The notes below the pieces were generated by a model, which was not told where the DNA came from, ran no database searches, and saw only the letters and a list, made by a program, of their open reading frames with translations. The position numbers were made by a program, and so were the translations under genes. Shown here in pieces: positions 1 to 8,451 of a DNA stretch of 64,000 nucleotides. The stretch's first letter is position 1. Each line of letters starts with the position of its first letter. The stretch lies in IMG/VR virus record IMGVR_UViG_3300045996_002337, positions 186,001-250,000 of that record, one strand, 5' to 3'.

Positions 1-95
1 TTTGAACCATGCCTTGATTCTTGCAAAGAACTTACGAATTGCTTCCATCATCTTCTCCTTTATGCCAGGACAACTGGCTTGCACTATTTATGCCT

Positions 96-782
96 TCACT
101 TTGGAAGGCGTCGATTTTCAGGTAGTACGTCACGGAAATAAATTTCAGTGCTGATGTTCAAAGTTTCACCTTTGATCGAATCTAACTCCTGCGGGGTTGG
201 AACACGGTTCAAGGAAACGGTAATGTACCCCGAGAACTGTCCGTAGTACGGTGGCAGACTTGTTCTACAGACATACGGAAACCTGTTTCCTAGCCCAGGA
301 AACAACGATGCATTACCACCCTCGTTATACGCCGAGCAGGCAAACTCGCCATTGATGACCCCGACAATGCTCTCGTTGTTCTTCTCGTCAGACGTAAAGA
401 GAGGAATGCCACCGTAGCGTCCATTGAACAGCGTCTCTAGCTGGCGCTGCACTGATGCATCATCAGAGTACCATTGAATCGGCAAGCGCCGGTTGTTTCG
501 AATGTCCGCGTTCAGAACCGTGATTGCAATCACCGCATCATCGACATCAACCAAATGTTTGATTCGCGCCTTAGATGTATCTGACATGGTGAATGTCGTT
601 ACTTGAGGCGTGTCACCTTCTGGCCCATTGACAATGTAATTGACAATCACCGTGCGGTTTTCAAAGATGGTGTAGCCGATCAGTGCCACTAGAGCGGCAA
701 AGGTCCAAATCGCCACGTTCTTCAACGAGATGACGCGAATTACCTTTGCCGCAAGTGAGAACAGCCGGTCTTGAATGGCCAT
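96..782 (-). CDS. T4/T5 holin-T-like membrane protein with GAF-like periplasmic domain (paralog 1)
   Basis: One N-terminal TM segment, then about 170 aa with INGEFAC...VCRTSLPPYYGQFSGYITVSL, alignable by eye to T4 T (HLNGRHY...SCPYFNLDNIYAGTITM). TAAATA motif at 813-818. Confidence 0.6.
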   Translation of the reverse strand: MAIQDRLFSLAAKVIRVISLKNVAIWTFAALVALIGYTIFENRTVIVNYIVNGPEGDTPQVTTFTMSDTSKARIKHLVDVDDAVIAITVLNADIRNNRRLPIQWYSDDASVQRQLETLFNGRYGGIPLFTSDEKNNESIVGVINGEFACSAYNEGGNASLFPGLGNRFPYVCRTSLPPYYGQFSGYITVSLNRVPTPQELDSIKGETLNISTEIYFRDVLPENRRLPK

Positions 783-812
783 TGCGTTTTCCCTAGATTT
801 TTTCTGTCAACC

Positions 813-818
813 TATTTA
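813..818 (-). promoter_or_regulatory. T4-late-like promoter motif TAAATA (representative; about 20 intergenic copies)
   Basis: Also at 2443, 5124, 5620, 6937, 7994, 8453, 9744, 15045, 15075(+), 20038(+), 26679, 37923, 39539(+), 44250, 45831, 51472, 53594, 54928, 59292, oriented with the downstream gene. Confidence 0.6.
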
Positions 819-854
819 GGACAATGACCTCCAACCGTGACACTTACATTGGTG

Positions 855-1643
855 TCATTGGGGCTTTTTTGTGACGTCGTTTAGATAAATTTCTACCGCC
901 AAACGTGAGACTTCTAGTCGAATCGTGTCCAATTCTTGCTTTGTTAGCTGCTGACTCATCCCCACCGAAACGAAGCCGACAAACTGCCCCACGAATGGAG
1001 GGATCGCTAAGCGACAAATCGTGGGCAGTTTGCCGGCCAAGTCAGGTGCAAAACGAAAATAGATGGTGTCCTTGTAGTTGTCACACTTGAATTCATTTCC
1101 CAGGATAGCAACCATTTGAGCCGTGTTTTTTGCGTCATAATCAAACACCGCACGAGGCAAAGAAAGGGCAGATGTTATCTCTGGCGTGATAGCGACTGAG
1201 GCGTCATCGATGTAGTAGTAACGTACGACCCTGCGATTTTTCTTAAGGTCAACCTCAGAGACGCTTACGAAGGAAACGTTTGTTGATTTTGCTAAATTTT
1301 GGAGTGCTGTTTTGCTCGCCTCAGATAATTCCCAGGATGTGACGACTGGCTCGGCGGCGATGGGTGGTTGCACGAGCTTCTCGACGATGGTGAGCCGATT
1401 CTCATATAGCGAGAATAAAATCAACCCAATAATGGTGAGAAGACCGATGAGCGCAACCCGCTTGAACGTAAGCGTATCAATCAGGTCCTCAATGAAGGTT
1501 AAAACCTTTTCCTTGTCTACTTTTGGCGCGGCTGGGGCAGGAGTGGCCTCTGGTTCTGGCGAAGGTTTTGGGGCGGGAAGTTGATCTCCTTCCATTTCGG
1601 GTGCCCGAACTTCTTGATCGCTGAGAGATTTTTTGCTAGGCAT
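855..1643 (-). CDS. holin-T-like membrane protein (paralog 2); true start possibly Met at ~1595
   Basis: TM segment, LGNEFKC...ICRLAIPPFVGQFVGFVSVGM. Clear paralog of 96..782. 5' end overlaps the TAXI gene. Confidence 0.6.
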   Translation of the reverse strand: MPSKKSLSDQEVRAPEMEGDQLPAPKPSPEPEATPAPAAPKVDKEKVLTFIEDLIDTLTFKRVALIGLLTIIGLILFSLYENRLTIVEKLVQPPIAAEPVVTSWELSEASKTALQNLAKSTNVSFVSVSEVDLKKNRRVVRYYYIDDASVAITPEITSALSLPRAVFDYDAKNTAQMVAILGNEFKCDNYKDTIYFRFAPDLAGKLPTICRLAIPPFVGQFVGFVSVGMSQQLTKQELDTIRLEVSRLAVEIYLNDVTKKPQ

Positions 1644-2410
1644 GAATTGAACTCCTTGATAGCATTATCAGGTACATCGGCAGCTGCGATGAGAATAGAT
1701 TGGGTTGCCTTTGTTTCTACGGGATAATCCTGCCAAAGATACGTAAGAGCGGGGATGCGTGCTGGTTGATATACTTTTTCAAATTCTGTCTCCGTTATGG
1801 GAATCATTAGGATGCGTTCGGCCATGCTTTGCCCTAGTTCTTGAAATAGCCGTACAGGGGAACCGCCGACAATTAACATCGCGTCAACTTCACCCGTTAG
1901 AACCAGAAGAATGCTTTCTTCTGGAAGGCGGTCAACTTGAAGCCACTTGATGTTTAGCGCATTTCTGATGGTGTTGGCGGTAAACCACATTCCAGACCCA
2001 GGCAGCCCGCTTGCGACGCGCTTGCCATTGAGGTCCTTTAACGTCTTGATGCCGGATTTTTTATTGGCGATGATGGTAATTTCTTCACTGTAGAACGGCA
2101 TGACCATTTTGTAAACGGTCTTCGCCTTTGGTTCTGATCCGAGGATTGCATCGAGCGCGTCCTTTTGAACGAGCGCCAACCGATGGCCATTTTTAATTAC
2201 GGGAGGAGCAATCAGTGCGTTAATGTTAGCCAGCGAGCCTTGCGTTGGCTCTACGTTGATCTGAAACTGTGGACAGGCCTTTTGAATGTCTTCTGCAATG
2301 AGCGCATACGTGCCCTTTTGAAACCCGGTGTAGACGGTGTACAGCGGTTTACCTTGCCCGAACGTGAATGCGGGCAAGAGCAGCGTGACAACAAGCAAAA
2401 GACGTCTCAT
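1517..2410 (-). CDS. TAXI-family TRAP transporter periplasmic solute-binding protein
   Basis: Signal peptide; TGFQKGTY, TQGSLANI, LKDLNGKRVASGLPGSG, GEVDAMLIVGG, GHPKWKEI motifs. Confidence 0.8.
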   Translation of the reverse strand: MRRLLLVVTLLLPAFTFGQGKPLYTVYTGFQKGTYALIAEDIQKACPQFQINVEPTQGSLANINALIAPPVIKNGHRLALVQKDALDAILGSEPKAKTVYKMVMPFYSEEITIIANKKSGIKTLKDLNGKRVASGLPGSGMWFTANTIRNALNIKWLQVDRLPEESILLVLTGEVDAMLIVGGSPVRLFQELGQSMAERILMIPITETEFEKVYQPARIPALTYLWQDYPVETKATQSILIAAADVPDNAIKEFNSCLAKNLSAIKKFGHPKWKEINFPPQNLRQNQRPLLPQPRQK

Positions 2411-2454
2411 ATGTTTATTCCTCCATGACCCTAGGTCAGACTTATTTATGGAGC

Positions 2455-2485
2455 AAACCCCACAAAGGGCCCGAAGGCCCTAGTG
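2455..2485. terminator. intrinsic terminator-like hairpin
   Basis: gggcc-cgaa-ggccc hairpin at the 3' end of 2501..2749. Confidence 0.5.
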
Positions 2486-2500
2486 CTGGGTGTCGATGAC

Positions 2501-2749
2501 TTAGAAGAGCCAACCCATCGGGAAGCCGGGGTGCTGGCTGCGTGCAGCGTACGTTTCGTTCAGACTTTTGGCAATGTCTTGCATCGCGGTGATGCCTTCA
2601 GCTTCCGTGCCAGAGTGAATTGCGCCGCCCGGGAGGGCCGCCTTGTAGTCATGGTACATCGAGACCAGCCCATCCTGGGTGGCTGCACGAATCTTGATCT
2701 TTTCGACTTCCGTGAGGCGGTTCAGGAGGGCTTGTGCTGCTGCGTTCAT
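2501..2749 (-). CDS. hypothetical protein
   Basis: 82-aa ORF with SD-like AAGGA upstream. Confidence 0.55.
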   Translation of the reverse strand: MNAAAQALLNRLTEVEKIKIRAATQDGLVSMYHDYKAALPGGAIHSGTEAEGITAMQDIAKSLNETYAARSQHPGFPMGWLF

Positions 2750-2812
2750 GAGAGTCCTTTTGTTGATGATGTGTTATTGTACACCATCAAGGCTCTCATG
2801 TACACCGCTAAA

Positions 2813-3934
2813 TCACCTTCTTACGACGGCGCTAATGGCATAGTGCACCTTTTCAGCTGCAGCATCCCATGTAGAGCGCTTCACGATTTCATTTGACAGC
2901 GCTAGTCGGTGCGCCTGCTCAACCTCAGACTCCTTCAGCAGGTGCTCAATGTGCTTGATGAATTCTTCATGGCTGTAGCCAATTTCAACAACACTGCCAT
3001 AAAGTTCAACAACGTCATGCACCGCGGTTGACACGATGGGCTTCTCTGCGGCCATGTACTCAAGGGTCTTCGTTGGTGAAATGAACTTCGTGCTGTCATT
3101 AAGGGCGAAAGGCAGCATGCAGACGTCCCACCCTTGAACGATCATTGGTAGAATGGCGTAATCTTTTTGGCCCAGCCAATGAATGTTTTCACGTTGCGGC
3201 AGAATTGCAGGATCGATCTTAACAACCGGACCAACCATTACAACATGCCAACGTGGATTGGCATCGGCAATTTTTGCCACAAGCTCAACATCAAGTCGTT
3301 CGTCGATAACGCCGAAGAAGCCAATCCGTGGGTGTGGAATTTTTGTTTCTTCTTCAAACAGTGTCTCAGCTTCAATTTCACGAGCTCGAGATGGTGAATA
3401 GTGCTTAGAATCAACGCATGATGGAAGACAAATGGTGTCTGGACGAATTTTTGATTTTGCTGCCCACAATGATGGACCGCCGGCGATGACCACATCCGCG
3501 GTTTGAAGTAGATCGGCCTCACGTTCCTTTAGCTCCTTGGGCGCGTTGTGGAACATCGTCAGTTCGTCCATTACGTCGAACACGACAAAATCTGGCGAGA
3601 ATAGATTATGAAGCGGGTAGGCCTGTGGGGTGTAGAACCAAATACCATAGGAGTCATCACCGCAGCCATTTGAAAAGAACCATTCGCGCAGCAATGGGCC
3701 AAATGAAATCATGTGCTGATTGGTGAAACCCCACCCTTCCTCATTTGTGTGTGGCACTACAACGGTGATGTTAGCTGCCACCTTTGCAGTGTAGAGGTGA
3801 GGTGCGCCAGTCGTAAACATCGGCTCCTCAACGAAGACGATGTTATAGTGCTCAGCCAGCCTCGATAGAAGGTGCTGTGGACGTTGAAAAACGAAGTTCC
3901 AGCGTAGGTGGGAGAATACTAGGAGGGTTTTCAT
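2813..3934 (-). CDS. GT-B glycosyltransferase (family 4-like)
   Basis: FSHLRWNFVFQRPQHLLSRLA N-terminus, IGFFGVIDERLD, PTKTLEYMAAEKPIVST. Confidence 0.9.
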   Translation of the reverse strand: MKTLLVFSHLRWNFVFQRPQHLLSRLAEHYNIVFVEEPMFTTGAPHLYTAKVAANITVVVPHTNEEGWGFTNQHMISFGPLLREWFFSNGCGDDSYGIWFYTPQAYPLHNLFSPDFVVFDVMDELTMFHNAPKELKEREADLLQTADVVIAGGPSLWAAKSKIRPDTICLPSCVDSKHYSPSRAREIEAETLFEEETKIPHPRIGFFGVIDERLDVELVAKIADANPRWHVVMVGPVVKIDPAILPQRENIHWLGQKDYAILPMIVQGWDVCMLPFALNDSTKFISPTKTLEYMAAEKPIVSTAVHDVVELYGSVVEIGYSHEEFIKHIEHLLKESEVEQAHRLALSNEIVKRSTWDAAAEKVHYAISAVVRR

Positions 3935-5096
3935 TACGAGTCTTTCTTTTGAAATGATGTTGCCAACGACGTAGGGTTTTTAGAGACCCAAAATGATGGG
4001 TGCGGGTGTCGTTAATAATCCCGCACCGAATAATAAAACTTGGATCATGCCAACATGGCCTATCCAAGATGGGATAAATGCAAAGACCCTGCAAATTTAC
4101 ACCGTGCTTAAGGGCAACGTTTACTTCGCGCAAAACATATTCTAGCCACTGAGCGCGGTCGTCACCAAAGTGCCCCGTTTCAGATACAATGATTGGCCGT
4201 TGATATCTATCTGATACTTCTGACAGCAACGCCGAGAATGGGAGGCGGCGGGCGTCTGGTGGGTTCCAACTCAAGTGCTTGTCGGTCTGCACCTCCATTT
4301 GTCCGTTGTAATAGTAGTTGACGCCGATGAGATCTAGGGCATCTGGGTGACCGCCTAGATGGGGTTCCATAGAGCCCTTCAACAGTTCCCAAGTCTGCCA
4401 TTGGTAGCCACGTACCTCCTGTGCTAGTTCAGCTAGATCTGGGCGATCCTCTGGCGCGACAACATGTAGAAGCGGCTCGACGTGCAGGAATCGAGCGTCA
4501 GGACTAACGTCCCTCACCGCGTCCATGGCCTTCAACACTGCACGTACGAGCCGACATTTTGTTCTGTAGCCTTCATGCGCGGCTTCACTTTTGGCTCCCT
4601 CAGGGCGCCCTCGATATGGCCACATGAAATCTGTTTGTGAAGTAGCCCAGGCCAAGAAGCTTATCTCATTGATGAGATTGAAGACGGGTGGCCGTGTGTG
4701 ATATGGCTTTAGTGCTTTGGCGGCTTCAACCGCGTACTTCACAAAATGATCAATGAAAGAATCATCGAGCAGGCTCACGCCCGCAGGAGTGCCATAGTGC
4801 ATGAACGTCCAAATAATTTGGATGCCTTGCTCTTTTGCTTCCTTGGCGAATGAAATGGCGCGGCTGAAATCAATTGGCGCGTCAATGCTCGGCTGCGAAA
4901 TGCGCCAACCGATGCTTTCACGAATTGTGTAGATACCGAGTTTGTTGAGCTTTTGATAATCTTGGCGATAGTGGTCCAGGTGGCCGCTACCTTGAACCAT
5001 GTCAAGCTTATTTTCTTGTGCATTGACGTGATCTGCACCTTCAAAGCCACCCATCCAGAATGACTTGTACAGACCCGCTGTGGGTGTTTCGTTCAT
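3852..5096 (-). CDS. glycoside hydrolase, GH1-like (beta-glucosidase-like)
   Basis: SFWMGGFEGADH, INEIS (acid/base Glu), IGVNYY, IVSETG (nucleophile Glu). Confidence 0.8.
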   Translation of the reverse strand: MNETPTAGLYKSFWMGGFEGADHVNAQENKLDMVQGSGHLDHYRQDYQKLNKLGIYTIRESIGWRISQPSIDAPIDFSRAISFAKEAKEQGIQIIWTFMHYGTPAGVSLLDDSFIDHFVKYAVEAAKALKPYHTRPPVFNLINEISFLAWATSQTDFMWPYRGRPEGAKSEAAHEGYRTKCRLVRAVLKAMDAVRDVSPDARFLHVEPLLHVVAPEDRPDLAELAQEVRGYQWQTWELLKGSMEPHLGGHPDALDLIGVNYYYNGQMEVQTDKHLSWNPPDARRLPFSALLSEVSDRYQRPIIVSETGHFGDDRAQWLEYVLREVNVALKHGVNLQGLCIYPILDRPCWHDPSFIIRCGIINDTRTHHFGSLKTLRRWQHHFKRKTRNENPPSILPPTLELRFSTSTAPSIEAG

Positions 5097-5141
5097 CGTT
5101 TGTCATCAGTAGTTCATCGGATATATTTACACCCTGAAAGC

Positions 5142-5170
5142 AAACAAGGGTGCCCTGGGCACCCTTGTAT
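5142..5170. terminator. intrinsic terminator-like hairpin
   Basis: caagggtgcc-ctg-ggcacccttg inverted repeat. Confidence 0.6.
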
Positions 5171-5188
5171 TGAGTAGATTTTACCTAC

Positions 5189-5596
5189 TTACTTACGTTC
5201 ACCGGGCAGGTCGCTCTTGAAGCGCGCAATGAAAAGCATCTTGCTACGTGAGTCATACTGCATGAACCCTGTGCGGATTCTAATTGGGCTACCATCCATT
5301 GGAACACCCAGAATATCAAGCATGAAGGCAACGATCGGGTCTTCATTGCGAATACCGAACACCTTGTCCTTTAGATTAAATGACTTGTCAGAAGGCGATA
5401 GCATCACAGTGTGAATGCGGGACATGCTCAGCTGCTTCGTCGGATCCTTGATTGACTTTCCGTCTTTTGAACCAAAGAGAGAAAATTTCTCATAGAGGTC
5501 TTCAATAGACTCAAGAAGTGATTCGTACTGTTCGTTCGTGACTTCTTCTGTAATTGGTGCTGGAACGTAAGTTGACAGTTCTTTAAGGATGGACAT
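5189..5596 (-). CDS. hypothetical protein
   Basis: 135-aa ORF; TATAAATA at 5620-5627 upstream. Confidence 0.6.
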   Translation of the reverse strand: MSILKELSTYVPAPITEEVTNEQYESLLESIEDLYEKFSLFGSKDGKSIKDPTKQLSMSRIHTVMLSPSDKSFNLKDKVFGIRNEDPIVAFMLDILGVPMDGSPIRIRTGFMQYDSRSKMLFIARFKSDLPGERK

Positions 5597-5674
5597 GGTG
5601 ACCTTTCAAATGTATCGCGTATTTATAAGTTCCGGATACAAAAATGCCCAGCTTAGCTGGGCATTAAGTTCAAC

Positions 5675-5932
5675 TTACTTTGTCTCGACTGTTGTCGAGG
5701 ACTCGGTCGTTGAAGAAGCTGGTGCGTCTGGCGATGAAGCTGCAGATGCTGGATCAGCTGGGACTGTTGGTTCAACGGGTGTTGGAGTCGTGATCACTGG
5801 AGCTGGGACCGTTGTAGGGTTCTCAGTAGTGGTCGTCGATTCCGTTTCCGTTGTCGTCGTAGTCTTCTTCTCGCAGGCTGCGAGACCGAGAGTGGCAGCC
5901 GTAATGGCTACAATAGCGATTGCTGTTTTCAT
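5675..5932 (-). CDS. small Thr/Pro-rich lipoprotein
   Basis: Signal peptide with LAAC lipobox. Confidence 0.75.
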   Translation of the reverse strand: MKTAIAIVAITAATLGLAACEKKTTTTTETESTTTTENPTTVPAPVITTPTPVEPTVPADPASAASSPDAPASSTTESSTTVETK

Positions 5933-6020
5933 GGGGGTTTCCTCCTATCAGCGTGTAAAGGGGGTGGAGGGCGCGGTTAAAACTGCGTCACGCCCACCTC
6001 TAGCATCGAACGAAGGGGTT

Positions 6021-6425
6021 TTACTCGCGAACCCACTTACCTTGCTTCTTGACAACGGTCGTTGTTTCAACCTTGTCACCAGCAGTTACGGTAACTTCCT
6101 TCTTGTCTGCGCCAACTTCCTTGACTTCAGACGTCATTTGAACGCCCTTAGCCGAGGTCCACGACTGAGTCGTGTTGGTTTCGACAGATTTGACAACCAT
6201 CGAGTGATCGTGCTTGTCCATGTGCTTACCAACTGCACCGCCGACAAGAGCACCACCGAGGGTACCAATTACGCCACCAGCGATTGCGCCAGTACCGGAA
6301 CCAATTGCGGCTCCAGCTACGCCGCCGACCATCGCGCCGACGAGCATACCAGTTTGCTGGTGCGTTGCGCAACCAGTTGCGAGTGCGGCTGCTGCGAGAA
6401 CAGCTCCAAGTTTCATTGTCATCAT
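6021..6425 (-). CDS. glycine-zipper outer-membrane lipoprotein (17 kDa surface-antigen-like)
   Basis: ATGC lipobox; GAMVGGVAGAAIG...GALVGGAVG glycine zipper. Confidence 0.8.
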   Translation of the reverse strand: MMTMKLGAVLAAAALATGCATHQQTGMLVGAMVGGVAGAAIGSGTGAIAGGVIGTLGGALVGGAVGKHMDKHDHSMVVKSVETNTTQSWTSAKGVQMTSEVKEVGADKKEVTVTAGDKVETTTVVKKQGKWVRE

Positions 6426-6572
6426 AATAATTCTCCTTCAAGAATATGTGTACACTTCCCCAAAGGGGACGAACAGCCTATTTAATAGGTCTTGATATCG
6501 CTATGAGGTGTTTCAGGCAAAGGCTTTGTAAAACTTACACTCCCGTGTAAGGGACGTACCAGCCTATGAGGA

Positions 6573-6905
6573 TCATTTTGAAATCCAGATTCCGTTTTCT
6601 TGCCGACAAGCGGTGCCTGTTAACGTTCTTCCACCATAGATGGCGCGGAAGTCACGACAATCAAGTTCGCCCTTTTTGAAAGTGCGAGTAGGTGAAACGG
6701 TAAATCGCTTACCGCTTCGTGGATTAACCCAAGACACGGGTTGATTTTCAGAGCCACCTTCAAGGACCTCATTGGCACGAGCATGGTCTGAAGCGTCCAT
6801 CAACGAACCAAAAGAGCCGGAGAGATAACTTGCGGGAATTGTCTGTGGTTGGGTGGCACAGCCCACAAGTGTAATTGCAAGTGCGAGTGCGAGAACCTTC
6901 ATCAA
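6573..6905 (-). CDS. RT0821/Lpp0805-like surface lipoprotein
   Basis: LVGC lipobox; W-x-NP-x-SG...CRDF...GTACRQ-x-x-G-x-W. Confidence 0.7.
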   Translation of the reverse strand: MMKVLALALAITLVGCATQPQTIPASYLSGSFGSLMDASDHARANEVLEGGSENQPVSWVNPRSGKRFTVSPTRTFKKGELDCRDFRAIYGGRTLTGTACRQENGIWISK

Positions 6906-6988
6906 AGACTTCCTCCTTCTAGGTGTCTGAAGTGTTTATTTATAGGAAAAATCTAGAAGCATGGGCGCTAACCCATGCTCTTTGAAGG

Positions 6989-7144
6989 TTACAATCGGAT
7001 TGCACCACTACCGAAAATGAGCCAGAGAACAAGAATCAGCACGATCACACCAACTGGGCCATAACCCCAGTTAGAAGAGTAGCCCCAAGTAGGGAGAGCG
7101 CCAACAAGAAGAAGTACCAGAAGTACGAGTAGAATTGTAGACAT
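6989..7144 (-). CDS. DUF3309-like small membrane protein (51 aa, not in ORF track)
   Basis: MSTILLVLLVLLLVGALPTWGYSSNWGYGPVGVIVLILVLWLIFGSGAIRL; SD AAGGA upstream. Confidence 0.8.
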   Translation of the reverse strand: MSTILLVLLVLLLVGALPTWGYSSNWGYGPVGVIVLILVLWLIFGSGAIRL

Positions 7145-7156
7145 TTCAATTTCCTT

Positions 7157-7969
7157 TCAACGTAATGCGTTAACCTGCTGGAGCAGGCTTTCGTGTTTCG
7201 ACCCTGGTGGTAGCACTCCAAGCAGGTGCATCAAGGTCTGTGCATTATGAGGGGCGTGAGCCCTTCCATCATTATTGAAGAAAATGTAGACTTCTTTGCC
7301 GGCTTCTGCAAGTCGACGAATCATGGCTGCATCGTTCTTCAAGTCTTGGTCTGTGTAGTTACCCCAGTATTTACCGGAGGTTTTTGGCCCGTGTCTGCGA
7401 ATGTAGACAAAATCCGCGGTGTCAGTTGGATCTGTTTCAGTGAAACGGTCTGATGCCACAAGCACTGCGTTGTGACGCTTGAGCTCGTCATACGTCTCCC
7501 GAACAAGCCAAGAGGTGTTGCGCACTTCCAGCGCAAGCTTCAAGCCGCTGGAGTTCAGAAATTCAGCAAGCGGGCCAACTCGATCAAGGAGCTTGCTGCT
7601 CGAGCGCTCTGCGAGCTGCACTAGAACTGGACCTCGTTTGTTGACATCAATCTTGTGAATGCCTTCGACGAAGTACTTCATCAGCTCAATGCCGTCTCTT
7701 GTGTCCCCGTCTGAATGCAGCTTGAGCTGACGCGAATGTGTGAATGACTTTGGCGACTTCAGGACAAGCTTGCTATTTGCATGCATCTTAGCACCCCAAC
7801 GCTCAACTGAATCGGGCTTTGGGATGTTGTAGAAGGACGCGTTAATTTCCAACGTGTTGAAGTGGTCAGCGTAGTACTGGAGCAGATCACCTGTTTTCGG
7901 TGGATAAAATGCTCCATTCTGCCAATGGTGGTACGAGTACCCACTACAACCAATATAAACGTTCTTCAT
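7157..7969 (-). CDS. DUF72 domain protein
   Basis: IGCSGYSYHHW, EINASFY, K-x-PK-x-x-TH, ALEVR-x-x-SW, YIRRHG, YIFFNND...AP-x-NA. Confidence 0.9.
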   Translation of the reverse strand: MKNVYIGCSGYSYHHWQNGAFYPPKTGDLLQYYADHFNTLEINASFYNIPKPDSVERWGAKMHANSKLVLKSPKSFTHSRQLKLHSDGDTRDGIELMKYFVEGIHKIDVNKRGPVLVQLAERSSSKLLDRVGPLAEFLNSSGLKLALEVRNTSWLVRETYDELKRHNAVLVASDRFTETDPTDTADFVYIRRHGPKTSGKYWGNYTDQDLKNDAAMIRRLAEAGKEVYIFFNNDGRAHAPHNAQTLMHLLGVLPPGSKHESLLQQVNALR

Positions 7970-8001
7970 CTGTGCTTCCGAGTCATCGTGGAGTATTTAG
8001 G

Positions 8002-8421
8002 TCACTCTTTATTAGTGAGCGCCTTTTCAACAGCCCTATCTTTTGGAATGACGGCGACACGCGGAAGACGGAGAATGAACGGCCAAATTGCAATTGCAGT
8101 TGCCACGGAGGCAATCGCGGTTGCGGCCTTCACCCAGCCCTGTAGCCAGTAAAGTGGGTACCAGATAACAGCGATATCGACGAGGTGAGTCGTGCCGCAC
8201 AAGAAAATGAAGGCGCAGAAGAGCATGAACACCCAACTTGCAATGATGTCCTTGCGCTTGTCGAGGAGAACAAGCAACGCAACGGGGATGGAATAGTAAG
8301 CAAGGGCGATCAACAGGTCCGAGAGGACCATCAGCAGAACTAGATCGCCGTTCCATTGGAAACAATAGCCATGCGGAAGAAGGCCGTTTCTAGCGACCCA
8401 GTTGACTAGGTTATCACCCAT
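8002..8421 (-). CDS. stand-alone ethylene-receptor-like (ETR1-type) 3-TM sensor domain
   Basis: PHGYC...SDLLIALAYYSIP...FCAFIFLCGTTHL...VKAATAIASVATA; retains the D, Y and C-x3-H residues of ETR1-type domains; no kinase domain. Confidence 0.75.
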   Translation of the reverse strand: MGDNLVNWVARNGLLPHGYCFQWNGDLVLLMVLSDLLIALAYYSIPVALLVLLDKRKDIIASWVFMLFCAFIFLCGTTHLVDIAVIWYPLYWLQGWVKAATAIASVATAIAIWPFILRLPRVAVIPKDRAVEKALTNKE

Positions 8422-8451
8422 GTTATTCTCTCATCGTGTGTGTTGAAAGGT

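Noticed and set aside
5589-6485. Long plus-strand ORFs (also 16658..17266, 18283..18987, 22324..23121, 32021..32806, 46676..47449)
   Set aside because: They are antisense shadows of well-supported minus-strand genes.
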